A stretch of DNA of 64,000 nt, from assembly GCA_902789505.1 (NCBI GenBank), contig CADAOO010000004.1, forward strand, positions 4,659 to 68,658. Direction: 5' to 3'. The notes under the pieces were generated by a model that worked only from the letters and a program-made list of their open reading frames with translations, did no database searches and had not been told where the DNA came from. The position numbers were made by a program, and so were the translations under genes. Shown here piece after piece: positions 20,495 to 30,822 of the stretch; positions within the stretch are counted from its first letter, which is position 1; each line of letters opens with the position of its first letter. Origin of the DNA: an uncultured Methanobrevibacter sp. GTDB taxonomy: Archaea; Methanobacteriota; Methanobacteria; Methanobacteriales; Methanobacteriaceae.

Positions 20495-21490
20495 ATGAAA
20501 ACAAAATTAATTAATTCAATTAAGATAAAAATGAAACCTTTTTTGAATGATAATCAAATTGAAGAACTTAATTTAACTTTAAAAAGCATTTTAAGAGATT
20601 TTGAAGTAATCAAAAAAGATGAAAAATTAACATTTTTAGAATCTAAGGAAAATCAAGAATTAGTAAAAAATTTTCTTTCAGCAAAACAAGTTGAGGGATG
20701 TTCAGATAGAACTATTAGTTATTATAAAACAACAATCATAAGAATGCTGGATTGTGTAAAACTTAAAATTGAATCAATCACTACTGATGATTTAAGAAAA
20801 TATCTTTCAAATTATAAAAATAAAACAAATGCATCAAAAACGACAATAGATAATATTAGGAGAGTTTTATCAAGTTTTTTTAGTTGGCTTGAAGATGAGG
20901 ATTATATTTTGAAAAATCCTGTTAGGAGAATTCATAAAATTAAAACTAAAAAAGTTGTAAAAGAAGTTTTATCGGATGAGAATTTTGAAGTTTTAAGAGA
21001 TAACTGTGATAATATAAGGGATCTTGCTATGATTGAACTTTTAGCATCAACTGGTATACGTGTAGGTGAACTTGTTAATTTAAATATTGATGATGTTTTA
21101 TTTAATGAAAGGGAGTGTGTAGTATTGGGTAAAGGAGATTCGGAACGTATTGTTTACTTTGATGCAAAAACAAAAATTCACTTATTGAAATATTTAGAGT
21201 CTAGAAGAGATTCAAATCCAGCACTTTTTGTATCTTTTAAAAGACCATATAAAAGGTTAGGTATTAATGGTGTGGAACGTAGAATTCGAGAATTGGGTAA
21301 TGAGGCAAATATTAAAAAAGTACATCCACATAAATTCAGAAGAACGATGGCAACTAATGCAATAGATAAAGGAATGCCAATTGAACAAGTTCAGAAATTA
21401 TTAGGGCATGTGCAGATTGATACGACAATGCAATATGCTATGGTAAATCAGAGTAATGTGAAAATTGCTCATAGGAAGTTTATTGGTTAA
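20495..21490 (+). CDS. Tyrosine recombinase (XerC/D-like, hsdS-associated), intact
   Basis: STGIRVGEL, GKG, HPHKFRR, LLGH, TTMQY: full R-K-HxxR-H-Y set. N-terminal SAM-like domain. Confidence 0.93.
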   Translation: MKTKLINSIKIKMKPFLNDNQIEELNLTLKSILRDFEVIKKDEKLTFLESKENQELVKNFLSAKQVEGCSDRTISYYKTTIIRMLDCVKLKIESITTDDLRKYLSNYKNKTNASKTTIDNIRRVLSSFFSWLEDEDYILKNPVRRIHKIKTKKVVKEVLSDENFEVLRDNCDNIRDLAMIELLASTGIRVGELVNLNIDDVLFNERECVVLGKGDSERIVYFDAKTKIHLLKYLESRRDSNPALFVSFKRPYKRLGINGVERRIRELGNEANIKKVHPHKFRRTMATNAIDKGMPIEQVQKLLGHVQIDTTMQYAMVNQSNVKIAHRKFIG

Positions 21491-21544
21491 TTTTTTTAAT
21501 TACTTTTTACATAAATTAATAACAATATTTTATATGGTGAGTTT

Positions 21545-22432
21545 ATGCCAATTCCAAAATTCGATGAATTATTCAATGATGTATTAGAATTCCTTTCAGA
21601 TAAACAAGAATACAAAACTAGATTTGTTAAAGAAGAACTCTCAAAAAAATTAGATTTAACAGATGAAGAACGCCATGAATTACTGCCCTCAGGTTCTGAG
21701 CCAATAATTCAAAACCGTATTGGTTGGTCAATAACTACTCTTAAAAAAGCAGGTTATGTTGAATCTAAAAAGTGGGGTAGTGCGAATATCACTGAAGAGG
21801 GTTTAAAAGCACACGAAAAAAATCCGAATATCACAATTGATGATTTGATGAAAATCCCTAAAGTTTATGCATGGTTTAAAGGAGAATCCACAGAACCTCC
21901 TAAAGGTGAATCAACACCTGAAGAGGAAATTGATGAGGCATATAAAAGGATTAATGATTCGCTTTCAGATCAGATTCTTGAAAACATCTTAAATAAAGAC
22001 CCAATCTTTTTTGAAAGACTTGTGGTTGATTTGCTTTTAAAAATGGGTTACGGAGAATTTAGACCTGAAGCTGGTAAAGCAACTTCACCAACCAATGATG
22101 GTGGAATTGATGGTATAATTAATGAAGACAGATTAGGCCTTAATAAAATAGCTATTCAGGCTAAAAGATTTGATAAGGCAAATAAAATTGGAACACCTCT
22201 ACTTCAAAGTTTTGTCGGTGCATTGATGGGAAAAGGTGTTACAAAAGGAGTTTTCATCACAACTTCATCATTTACCAAAGGAGCTATTGATTATGCTAAA
22301 AATCAGTCTATAATTTTAATCGATGGTGATAAATTAGCTGAGTTAATGATAGAATATAATGTTGGAACTTTTACTAGTCATACTTATGAGATAAAACGTA
22401 TTGATAGTGATTATTTTAATATTGGTGAATAA
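21545..22432 (+). CDS. mrr: Mrr restriction endonuclease
   Basis: Mrr_N (NRIGWSITTLKKAG). FERLVVDLLLKMGYG, DGGIDGII, IQAKR, KGVFITTSSF, LIDGDKL. Confidence 0.93.
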   Translation: MPIPKFDELFNDVLEFLSDKQEYKTRFVKEELSKKLDLTDEERHELLPSGSEPIIQNRIGWSITTLKKAGYVESKKWGSANITEEGLKAHEKNPNITIDDLMKIPKVYAWFKGESTEPPKGESTPEEEIDEAYKRINDSLSDQILENILNKDPIFFERLVVDLLLKMGYGEFRPEAGKATSPTNDGGIDGIINEDRLGLNKIAIQAKRFDKANKIGTPLLQSFVGALMGKGVTKGVFITTSSFTKGAIDYAKNQSIILIDGDKLAELMIEYNVGTFTSHTYEIKRIDSDYFNIGE

Positions 22433-22451
22433 TTTCCGTAGTGGTGATTAG

Positions 22452-23915
22452 ATGATGTGGGATGTTCCAGATTTAAGAAATAATCTTAAAAAATTAGATG
22501 ATAAGCCAGCATATGTTAAATGGTGGGCTAAACGAAAGGAATTTGATTTGTTATTAGATAAATTAGATGTAAATTATGATGATATTAAAGAAGCTTTAGA
22601 TATTAAAGATGATTTGTATTGCATTTTTATTGGTCGTCCAACGAATAGATCAGTTGTTGGGTATTTGAAAATGCAATTCAATGAAAATTCAACTTATAGG
22701 TTGACCATTAGTAGTATTCTTTCATCCAGCCAAAACAATAGGCAAGTAGTTGATGATTTCTTAGATAAATTGAAAATTGAAATTTTTCCAATAGATTTAC
22801 CAGTCAAATCTGAAGAAGCAAAAAAAGAGCTAGGAAATCTTGTCGATAGTTGTCTTGAAAAGAATTTGTATATTTTAAATATTCAGAAGAATTATCATCC
22901 ATTGGCTAAAAATATTAAAAGTAATCTATCAAAAATTAGAAAAGAGGCTGGAAAAAATGATGAAAATAATGAAAGGGGAACTTCACTAAATACAAATATT
23001 GCATCAAATGAAAAACGAAACATAATTTATTTTGGAGCTCCTGGAACAGGTAAATCATACAATTTAAACAAAGATAAAGACAAACTTTTAGAAAACTATG
23101 AAAATAACTATGAAAGAGTCACTTTCCATCCGGATTACTCATATGCTAATTTTGTTGGAACATATAAACCCGTTCCAGAAAATAGTTCAATCACTTACAA
23201 GTATGTTCCAGGCCCCTTCATGACAGTCCTTAAAAAAGCTTTAGAAAATCCAAATGAACCTTATCTTTTAATCATTGAGGAAATCAATCGTGCTAATGTT
23301 GCAGCTGTTTTTGGGGATGTTTTTCAACTTTTAGACAGGGCTGAAAATAACGAATCTGTTTATCCAATAGATGCAACAGAGGATATGAAAGCATACATTA
23401 ATCAAGATAAAATCAAAATCCCACAAAACATGTTTATCTGGGCGACAATGAACTCAGCAGATCAGGGAGTTTTCCCAATGGATACAGCCTTCAAAAGACG
23501 ATGGGACTTTAAATACTTTGGAATCGATGAAGGCGAAGATAATATTAAAAACTCAAGAGTCGTTTTAAATAACAAAGAAATCTACTGGAATGACATAAGA
23601 AAAGAGATTAATGAAGAATTGTTATCTTATAAAATCAATGAAGATAAACTTTTAGGTCCGTTTTTTGTATATAATGAGTATTTAAATCAAGAAATCCCAG
23701 AAGATACATTCAAAGAAATTTTCAAAAATAAGATTATAATGTATCTTTTTGAAGATGCTGCCCGCTCAAAAAGAAATGATTTGTTCCAGGGAGCAAAAGG
23801 AAACAATAAATACGTTACATATTCAGAAATCTGTGAAATGTTTGATGAAAGAGGTTTAGAAATCTTCTGTGACAATATTAAATCAAAATTTATCATAAAT
23901 GATGAGGATAATTAA
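22452..23915 (+). CDS. mcrB: McrB/LlaJI.R1-like AAA+ GTPase, copy 1 (degenerate GIY-YIG-like N-terminus)
   Basis: GAPGTGKS, VTFHPDYSY, IIEEINRAN, MNSADQ (NxxD), AFKRRW. Confidence 0.88.
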   Translation: MMWDVPDLRNNLKKLDDKPAYVKWWAKRKEFDLLLDKLDVNYDDIKEALDIKDDLYCIFIGRPTNRSVVGYLKMQFNENSTYRLTISSILSSSQNNRQVVDDFLDKLKIEIFPIDLPVKSEEAKKELGNLVDSCLEKNLYILNIQKNYHPLAKNIKSNLSKIRKEAGKNDENNERGTSLNTNIASNEKRNIIYFGAPGTGKSYNLNKDKDKLLENYENNYERVTFHPDYSYANFVGTYKPVPENSSITYKYVPGPFMTVLKKALENPNEPYLLIIEEINRANVAAVFGDVFQLLDRAENNESVYPIDATEDMKAYINQDKIKIPQNMFIWATMNSADQGVFPMDTAFKRRWDFKYFGIDEGEDNIKNSRVVLNNKEIYWNDIRKEINEELLSYKINEDKLLGPFFVYNEYLNQEIPEDTFKEIFKNKIIMYLFEDAARSKRNDLFQGAKGNNKYVTYSEICEMFDERGLEIFCDNIKSKFIINDEDN

Positions 23916-23927
23916 GAGGTGTAGATT

Positions 23928-26039
23928 ATGACAAATATGTGGATGGTAAGGGCAGGTCCTGATTCATTTTTAATAGATGAATTTAGAGAAACCAATATGG
24001 TTGCTATCGGTTGGAATGTGGGCAATTTAACTGATAAATCTGATGAAGAAATTGCTGAATTATTAAAAAACAAATATGGACACATCAAGGCACTTAAACA
24101 AGTGCTTCGATTTAAAAATGAAATTAAAGTTGGTGATTATGTACTTTCTTCAAATGGTGAAACTAAAACTTATTTTATAGGTGAGATTACCTCTGATTAC
24201 CATAGATCAGATGTTATTAATGAAATGGATTCATCAGGTGATAATTATTTTGATGTTCGTGAGGTTAAATGGATAGGGGAAGTTTCAAGAGATTTTCTTA
24301 AAAAATCGACTAAAACTGACTTAAATAAGTATGATACGGTTTATATTATTGAAGAAGATGCAAAACAGGATATTTTAAAAGTTTGCAGTGATAATAAAGA
24401 TTCTATTGAAAATTCAGCTAGAATCATCAGAAATTATTTGGATGAAAATAATTTAGGTAATTTTGAAAAAAAGGAACATGAAGAAGCATATATTAAATTT
24501 AGACAGTCATTTTCTCCAGAACAGCTAAAAAATTTATCAGGTGTTGATATTTTAAATTACATGTTTTCACATGATGGTGATAAAAATAATTTATGTTATC
24601 ATTTAGAGTTTGATAAAGATTATAATTTTGCAGGAAGCATTGCTGGAGGATCTGCATATAAATTCGGTTTATTCAAACATTCAAAAACTAATCAATGGAC
24701 TACTGGTTCATCTAGAAAGTCAAGAAATGTTAGTGAGGCTGAAGCAATAGAAATTGGTGAAAAAATAAGAAATGCAATTGTTGAAGGAGCAAACCTAATC
24801 AGAAATTTTGATTCAGATTCAATTAGTGATTATATGAATCTTGAAATAGAATTGGGTAAAATATTTTCTAGTTGCAACACTTCTCATAGAAATCAGTGGA
24901 TTCATAAATATTATGTATTAATATTTCCGGATAAATTTCCAATTGTCCATTGGCAGGATATGAAAAAGGATTTTCTTAAAATATTTAATTTAACTCCATA
25001 TGATTGGTATTATGCTTTAGATGGTCAGTTACAATTGCTGACTAAAAAATCAGGTATTAAAGGTTATTCATTATTTAATAATGAAATTTTAAAGTTATTT
25101 GATGATGGGGTAAAACCTCCAAGACCATTTTTAAGTTCATTAAAAAGGAATATAATTTACTTTGGAGCACCGGGAACAGGAAAATCATATAATCTAAACA
25201 AGGATAAAGATAATCTTTTAGAAAACTATGAAAATAACTATGAAAGAGTAACTTTCCATCCAGATTATTCATATGCAAATTTTGTTGGAACATATAAGCC
25301 TGTTCCGGAAAACGATTCAATCACATACAAATACGTTCCAGGTCCATTCATGAGAGTTTTAAAAAAGGCAATGGAAAATCCAATTGAACCTTATATTCTA
25401 ATCATTGAGGAAATAAACAGAGCAAATGTTGCAGCTGTTTTCGGTGATGTTTTTCAACTTTTAGACAGAGAAAACAATGAATCTCTCTATTCAATCGGCG
25501 CATCGGAGGATATGAAAGCATACATAAATCAGGATAAAATCAAAATCCCTCAAAACATGTTCATATGGGCAACCATGAACTCAGCAGATCAAGGTGTTTT
25601 TCCAATGGACACAGCCTTCAAAAGACGGTGGGACTTCAAATACTTCAGCATCAACAATGATGAAAAATTGATTGAAAATACTAAAACCACTTTAAACAAT
25701 ATGGAAGTCAACTGGAACGACTTAAGAAAAGCAATAAACGATGAATTATTATCATATAAAATCAATGAGGATAAACTTCTTGGACCGTTCTTTGCATTTA
25801 ATGAATTCATGAATCAGGAAATACCAACTGAAACCTTCAAAGATATATTCAAAAATAAAATTATCATGTATTTGTTCGAAGATGCCGCCCGCTCCAAAAG
25901 AAATGATTTGTTCCAGGGAGCAAAAGCCAACAAGAAATATGTCACATATTCACAAATCTGTAAAATGTTTGATGAAAGCGGTTTGGAAATATTCTGTGAC
26001 AATATCAAATCCAGATTTATCAGGGATGAAGAGGAATAG
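23928..26039 (+). CDS. mcrB: McrB/LlaJI.R1-like AAA+ GTPase, copy 2 (MWMVRAG/EVE-PUA-like N-terminus plus middle domain)
   Basis: Same AAA+ motifs, near-identical to copy 1. N-term MWMVRAG...VAIGW...IKVGDYV...REVKW. Middle domain LCYHLEF...GSIAGGSAYKFGLF. Confidence 0.9.
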   Translation: MTNMWMVRAGPDSFLIDEFRETNMVAIGWNVGNLTDKSDEEIAELLKNKYGHIKALKQVLRFKNEIKVGDYVLSSNGETKTYFIGEITSDYHRSDVINEMDSSGDNYFDVREVKWIGEVSRDFLKKSTKTDLNKYDTVYIIEEDAKQDILKVCSDNKDSIENSARIIRNYLDENNLGNFEKKEHEEAYIKFRQSFSPEQLKNLSGVDILNYMFSHDGDKNNLCYHLEFDKDYNFAGSIAGGSAYKFGLFKHSKTNQWTTGSSRKSRNVSEAEAIEIGEKIRNAIVEGANLIRNFDSDSISDYMNLEIELGKIFSSCNTSHRNQWIHKYYVLIFPDKFPIVHWQDMKKDFLKIFNLTPYDWYYALDGQLQLLTKKSGIKGYSLFNNEILKLFDDGVKPPRPFLSSLKRNIIYFGAPGTGKSYNLNKDKDNLLENYENNYERVTFHPDYSYANFVGTYKPVPENDSITYKYVPGPFMRVLKKAMENPIEPYILIIEEINRANVAAVFGDVFQLLDRENNESLYSIGASEDMKAYINQDKIKIPQNMFIWATMNSADQGVFPMDTAFKRRWDFKYFSINNDEKLIENTKTTLNNMEVNWNDLRKAINDELLSYKINEDKLLGPFFAFNEFMNQEIPTETFKDIFKNKIIMYLFEDAARSKRNDLFQGAKANKKYVTYSQICKMFDESGLEIFCDNIKSRFIRDEEE

Positions 26040-26042
26040 ATA

Positions 26043-27359
26043 ATGAAAACAATCTATATTCGGGAATTGAAGTATTATTCTAAATCAGAGATTCTTAAAA
26101 TTCTTGAGGATGATGAAAAATCATTCAATACTCTTATAAAAAATGACATCATCAATAAAGAGGACGACAGCTTCTTATTTAAGTTTGTTGGAGTTATCAT
26201 TATAGACAACATTGTCATTAACTGCTATCCGAAATACATTCCGAATGAAGATAATATTAAAAACGATTTTAAACAGGTTATAAACGTTGTTAAAAAGTAC
26301 AATAATCTGTATGAGGAAGTTGAGTATCAAAATGAAAGTCTGGAAGACATTTCATTTAATCTGCTTTCAATGATGATATTCTTTCTGGAGGATTATTTTG
26401 AACATGGAATTTATAATAACATTCAAAATATCCTGGAAATCAACGGCAATGGAGAAATAGATTGGAATCGAACAATCAATTACACTGATCCAATTATTAA
26501 AGATAATAAACCTTATTATGCTGAATTATATACCAAATATAAAATCGATGATTTATTCGATTACTTCAGACTGCTTCATGAATACATCATCACTGAATGT
26601 TCAAAGCGTTTGGAATGTGCAGATTTGCTGGAACTGTTTGATTTGACTCCGGTTGAATTGTCTGATAAAGAACAAAATGACTTTGGCGAATTGGATGTCA
26701 TTTTAGAAAATCTGGAAAAGGAATTGCATGTTGAGTTCAATTCACACAAACAAAAGCTATTGAAGTCCATGCATGCATTTTTAAAGGAGAAAAATTCATT
26801 TTCAAATGAAAACTACCTGACCGTTTATGGAACAACCACTTATCATGTAATCTGGGAAGATATCTGCAAGAGAGTATTTAGGGATAAACTGGATAAGCCT
26901 CTAAGGGAAATAACTGATTCTAATTCCAACACCAAACTAATCAACATCATTAAAAAGCCTGTTTGGTATTTAAATGAAGGTGAATTTAAGGTTGACACAT
27001 TCAGACCTGATTTGATTACATTCTGGAATGATTACTTTATCATTTTCGATGCCAAATATTATAAACTTAAAATCACTCAAAAGTTAGAAAAGCAGCCTGG
27101 TTTGAGTGATGTTTCAAAACAGTATTTATATCAGTTGGCTTACCGGGATTTCATTGATGAAAATAACTTTAAAGGGGTTAAAAATGCATTTTTGATGCCG
27201 ACATATGATGGTGAAGTAGAAAATAAGGGTTATGTTGAAATTAAAATACTGCATGATTTAGGGCTTGAAAATATTCAGGTTATAATGCTTCCCGCAGGTG
27301 AAATGAACCGGTTATATTTGGAAAATAAGAAAATGAGAATTGAAGATTTAAATCTTTAG
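26043..27359 (+). CDS. LlaJI-family (McrC-like) restriction endonuclease subunit
   Basis: FVGVIII..CYPKY, GEIDWNRTI, WEDIC, RPDLI...IFDAKYY, PGLSDVSKQYLY, NAFLMP. Confidence 0.88.
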   Translation: MKTIYIRELKYYSKSEILKILEDDEKSFNTLIKNDIINKEDDSFLFKFVGVIIIDNIVINCYPKYIPNEDNIKNDFKQVINVVKKYNNLYEEVEYQNESLEDISFNLLSMMIFFLEDYFEHGIYNNIQNILEINGNGEIDWNRTINYTDPIIKDNKPYYAELYTKYKIDDLFDYFRLLHEYIITECSKRLECADLLELFDLTPVELSDKEQNDFGELDVILENLEKELHVEFNSHKQKLLKSMHAFLKEKNSFSNENYLTVYGTTTYHVIWEDICKRVFRDKLDKPLREITDSNSNTKLINIIKKPVWYLNEGEFKVDTFRPDLITFWNDYFIIFDAKYYKLKITQKLEKQPGLSDVSKQYLYQLAYRDFIDENNFKGVKNAFLMPTYDGEVENKGYVEIKILHDLGLENIQVIMLPAGEMNRLYLENKKMRIEDLNL

Positions 27360-27403
27360 AAATTTTTTTATGTAATTTTAAACAAAATTATGATTGTGGT
27401 ACT

Positions 27404-28657
27404 ATGGTAAATTGTTATAAATGTGGTAAAAATTTAATTAGAAATGCTAAGTTCTGCAGTAATTGTGGTGATGCAATTACCTGGCCTGAAGGTAAAGAAC
27501 AAGTTCCTAATTCTGTTGGTGATTTTCTAAGGGATAAAGGTACTGAAATAATACATGACAATTTACCTGAAGAATATATTGATAAAATTAAAGATAATAT
27601 TCCAAATTATCAAGAAATAAGAAATGAACCTGAAAGTGGGGAAATAGATGAAAATCAACATTTAAGTAATGCTAAAGAAAGTATTATGAATGCATCTGAA
27701 ACTATAAAACAGTCTAGTGATGATTTTATTTCTAGCAATGAATATTTAAATAATGCTAAAAATTCTGTAGTCTATGCTTCTGATGCAGTTAAAAAATCAA
27801 GTTCTACTTTTATTAACAATAATATATCATATGAATCTCAAGATAAAATAAAATCTTGTGCTAATAATTTTTCAAAGTCAACTAAAAACTTCTTGGGTAA
27901 TGCAGGTGAAGTATTTTCAAATATTCAAGCTCATAGAAGTAAAGTTAAACAGCAAAAACGGGAAGAACGTGAAGTTGAAAATGAAATCAAAAAAGTCAAA
28001 ATGGATGAAGATAAAGAGCTACGTGAAAAAGAAAGAGCTGAAAAGGAAAAACAGAATCAAATTTTAAAAGAAGAAACCCATCAAAATAATATAATTAAAA
28101 TAAGAGCCACTAGAACAGTTTCGATTGAAATTCCTTATCATGTGCCCACTGATGATGTTATGCATGGATCAATTAAGGGTGAAATGATGGGAAGTGCTGC
28201 TGGAAGAGCTATGGAAGGATTATTTGGAGATAATAATTCTTTATCAAGTACTGTAAATGCAGGATTAATTCTTGGTGGCGTTGGATCTCTTATAGGAGGT
28301 CTTGCAGCTGCATCGGATGATGGAATTCGTTGGAATACTGCTCAACTTTATATTGCAGATGATGAAATAATAATTTCGGGAAAATATTCACTTTCGTTTG
28401 ACGAAATTAAACTTATATCTGTAGGAAAATATAAATCCAGTGATGTTATTGTATTCACACTTCAAAATCAAGGTCTTGAATTTAAAACAGATGATGCATT
28501 AGCTTTAAAAATAGTTATTGAAGAATATATTCAAAAGTATAACTCAAATAAAAAATCTCCAGGAAATGTTGATGATTTACTGAAATATGGTGAATTATAT
28601 GAAAAGGGTATAATTACAAAAGAAGAACTCGAAATGAAGAAAAAAGAGTTATTATAA
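27404..28657 (+). CDS. Zinc-ribbon / glycine-zipper / SHOCT-domain protein
   Basis: CYKCG...FCSNCG. GLILGGVGSLIGGLAAA. C-term LLKYGELYEKGIITKEELEMKKKELL (SHOCT). Confidence 0.8.
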   Translation: MVNCYKCGKNLIRNAKFCSNCGDAITWPEGKEQVPNSVGDFLRDKGTEIIHDNLPEEYIDKIKDNIPNYQEIRNEPESGEIDENQHLSNAKESIMNASETIKQSSDDFISSNEYLNNAKNSVVYASDAVKKSSSTFINNNISYESQDKIKSCANNFSKSTKNFLGNAGEVFSNIQAHRSKVKQQKREEREVENEIKKVKMDEDKELREKERAEKEKQNQILKEETHQNNIIKIRATRTVSIEIPYHVPTDDVMHGSIKGEMMGSAAGRAMEGLFGDNNSLSSTVNAGLILGGVGSLIGGLAAASDDGIRWNTAQLYIADDEIIISGKYSLSFDEIKLISVGKYKSSDVIVFTLQNQGLEFKTDDALALKIVIEEYIQKYNSNKKSPGNVDDLLKYGELYEKGIITKEELEMKKKELL

Positions 28658-28678
28658 TTTATTAATGGTATTTCATCT

Positions 28679-29428
28679 TTGAGGTTATTAATTGGAGATA
28701 ATTCAATGGATAAATTAAAACAAGAGTTAAATGATTTAAATAACTCCATTCGTGAATTGGAAAATCGAATTCAAGAAGCGAAAGAGGAAGCTGAAGACAA
28801 CATCAAACCATTGAAAATAGAATTGGATCAAGTTAAGCAAGACAAAAGAAATTATGCATCAAAAAACGATTTTGAATCAGTCCAAAACTGCAGAAGAAAG
28901 GAAAGTAATCTCAAATTCAAGATTGATGCTCAATGGAACAAATATTCTCTTTTAAAAGGCGATTTATTCAAACTCAACCAACAAAAAACAGATTTGGAAA
29001 AACAAATCAAGCTCGAAGAGGATAAAATCAAAAGAAACAATGAAATCAAAGCCAGAATGGAACAAGTCTTAAATAATTATAGGAAAACCCAAAATCTAAA
29101 GGAAGCTGCAGTCAGTTCAAACATCAGCCATGACTATGTTGAGCAGTGGTATGAATGGGGCAAAGGCGATTTCAATGAAACATATTCCTATTTTTACACA
29201 AAAATAACAGAAATCGACAATCAGCTCAATGATAAAAAAGTCCAAAAGCTCAAAAAACAGATGGATGATGTCATTGAGGCCTACAGAAAAACAGATTCCC
29301 TGAAGGAAGCTTCAAAAATTGCAGACGTAAGCCATGATACCGTTCAGTACTGGTATGAGTGGGGATCAAAAGGTTTCGGTGAGGAAAACGCTTACTTTTT
29401 CAAAAAAATTAAGGAAATGGATATTTAG
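28679..29428 (+). CDS. Coiled-coil protein with two tandem HTH-like repeats
   Basis: NLKEAAVSSNISHDYVEQWYEWGKG and SLKEASKIADVSHDTVQYWYEWGSKG. Confidence 0.7.
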   Translation: MRLLIGDNSMDKLKQELNDLNNSIRELENRIQEAKEEAEDNIKPLKIELDQVKQDKRNYASKNDFESVQNCRRKESNLKFKIDAQWNKYSLLKGDLFKLNQQKTDLEKQIKLEEDKIKRNNEIKARMEQVLNNYRKTQNLKEAAVSSNISHDYVEQWYEWGKGDFNETYSYFYTKITEIDNQLNDKKVQKLKKQMDDVIEAYRKTDSLKEASKIADVSHDTVQYWYEWGSKGFGEENAYFFKKIKEMDI

Positions 29429-29452
29429 ATAAACATCCATTCAAACCAGATT

Positions 29453-30112
29453 TCACAATCTTGTACTGCCGCCGGCACCAAATCCGTTGCTTCCGAAGTA
29501 ATAGAAACTTTCACGATTGTGCTTATCGTTATATGTTCTGTAGTAGTCTTCCAAATCCAGTTCAAGATTTTTCTCATAGTCTTCACGGATGTAATCCCTT
29601 TGGGCATTGTCCAGCTTATTTAGAAATGTTTCTTCGGACATTTTTGATTCGGGGGCGCTTTCGATGATTTCCTGAATTTCTTCTGTCAGTTTGTCGCCTT
29701 TAAATGAAATTTCAAATATTTTGTTGCCGGTTGAAAAGAAGACATATGATCTGTTCAAACCGGTACTGTCTTTATTCCATGGGGAGTGATAATCATCATA
29801 GATATGAATTAGGTCATGGCCTGAAAGTGAGCTTTGTTCGATATCAACAATTCCCTTTCCTGTTGAATCGGAACCGTAGTTGTGTTTTAATGTATTGTAA
29901 TCAACACAGGATACAATTAATAAATTATTATAAGAATATGATTTTTCATAATTTGGATTTCTGCTTTCATTGAAATATTTGTCCGGAATCTTGAAGTTCA
30001 CCTTATTTACAGTGATCTCATGCCAGTTACTCGTATCCAGTGCATATATGCATGGCAGGCCAACAAGAAGGATTGCCAAAATCAAAGCCAGTTTCATTTT
30101 CATTCCAATCAC
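29453..30112 (-). CDS. Secreted/membrane-anchored hypothetical protein
   Basis: Signal peptide MKMKLALILAILLVGLPCIYA. Confidence 0.7.
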   Translation of the reverse strand: MIGMKMKLALILAILLVGLPCIYALDTSNWHEITVNKVNFKIPDKYFNESRNPNYEKSYSYNNLLIVSCVDYNTLKHNYGSDSTGKGIVDIEQSSLSGHDLIHIYDDYHSPWNKDSTGLNRSYVFFSTGNKIFEISFKGDKLTEEIQEIIESAPESKMSEETFLNKLDNAQRDYIREDYEKNLELDLEDYYRTYNDKHNRESFYYFGSNGFGAGGSTRL

Positions 30113-30437
30113 TGATTTATATTTTTTTTATTTGAGAGTTATAAAATTTATCTTATTTATGAAATTTTTGCTTTGTAATATGTTCGAGCGAATAGTTCAC
30201 ATCAGGTAAAATTTAAAATAATGTAAGTTAAATATTTTTATTGACAACTTATCGGGAAGATGATGATTATCTGTTTTGTATGGGCTTGTGAATGAAGATA
30301 TGATTCATTTCAAAACTGAAGACGAATGTTAGGGCGATTAGATAGCTGATGAAATTGGTATTTGATTATATGATGTGAAAATATTTTTTTCTAAAAATTT
30401 ATTAACATAGTTGTCACAATATATGAATAGTGAGCTT

Positions 30438-30821
30438 ATGATGGGAAAAGAAAAGTGCGAACTGCTCAATGAAATCAGGCAAAATATTGCCGATGCAAAC
30501 GATATTGAATTCACTGTTTATGAATGTACTTTCGAAGGTGAATGTAGTGGAACTTGCCCTAAATGTGAGGCTGAAAGGGAATATTTGGAGCGGGAGCTTG
30601 AAAAAAAGCAGAATGCTGGTGAAAAAATCAATTTAAAAGGTGTTTTTAAATTGAAGCCTGAAGAAAAAATAATTGAGATTCCATATGATGATGTATATCT
30701 AGTCAGAAAACCTTCATCAAGGCCAACTGCTTCTTTGGGCCATCTCTTTGGAAATGGCATGCCGAGAGGTGATCCTGACCATTTTGTTTTAAAAAAGCCA
30801 TTAAATGAGAATAGTGATTAA
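30438..30821 (+). CDS. Cys-rich-leader protein 1 (radical SAM-associated)
   Basis: GKEKCELLNEIRQNIADANDI...ECTFEGECSGTCPKCEAEREYL. Likely ATG 30438 (ORF track 30411). Confidence 0.8.
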   Translation: MMGKEKCELLNEIRQNIADANDIEFTVYECTFEGECSGTCPKCEAEREYLERELEKKQNAGEKINLKGVFKLKPEEKIIEIPYDDVYLVRKPSSRPTASLGHLFGNGMPRGDPDHFVLKKPLNENSD

Positions 30822-30822
30822 A

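Noticed and set aside
2247-21490. A single integrative element bounded by the two recombinases
   Set aside because: No att-like direct repeats or tRNA target seen. Both recombinases are of the hsdS-associated type.
30255-30325. Possible C/D box sRNA (ATGATGA...ATGAAGA...CTGA)
   Set aside because: No clear D' box and the guide spacing is long. The region reads equally well as a decayed gene.
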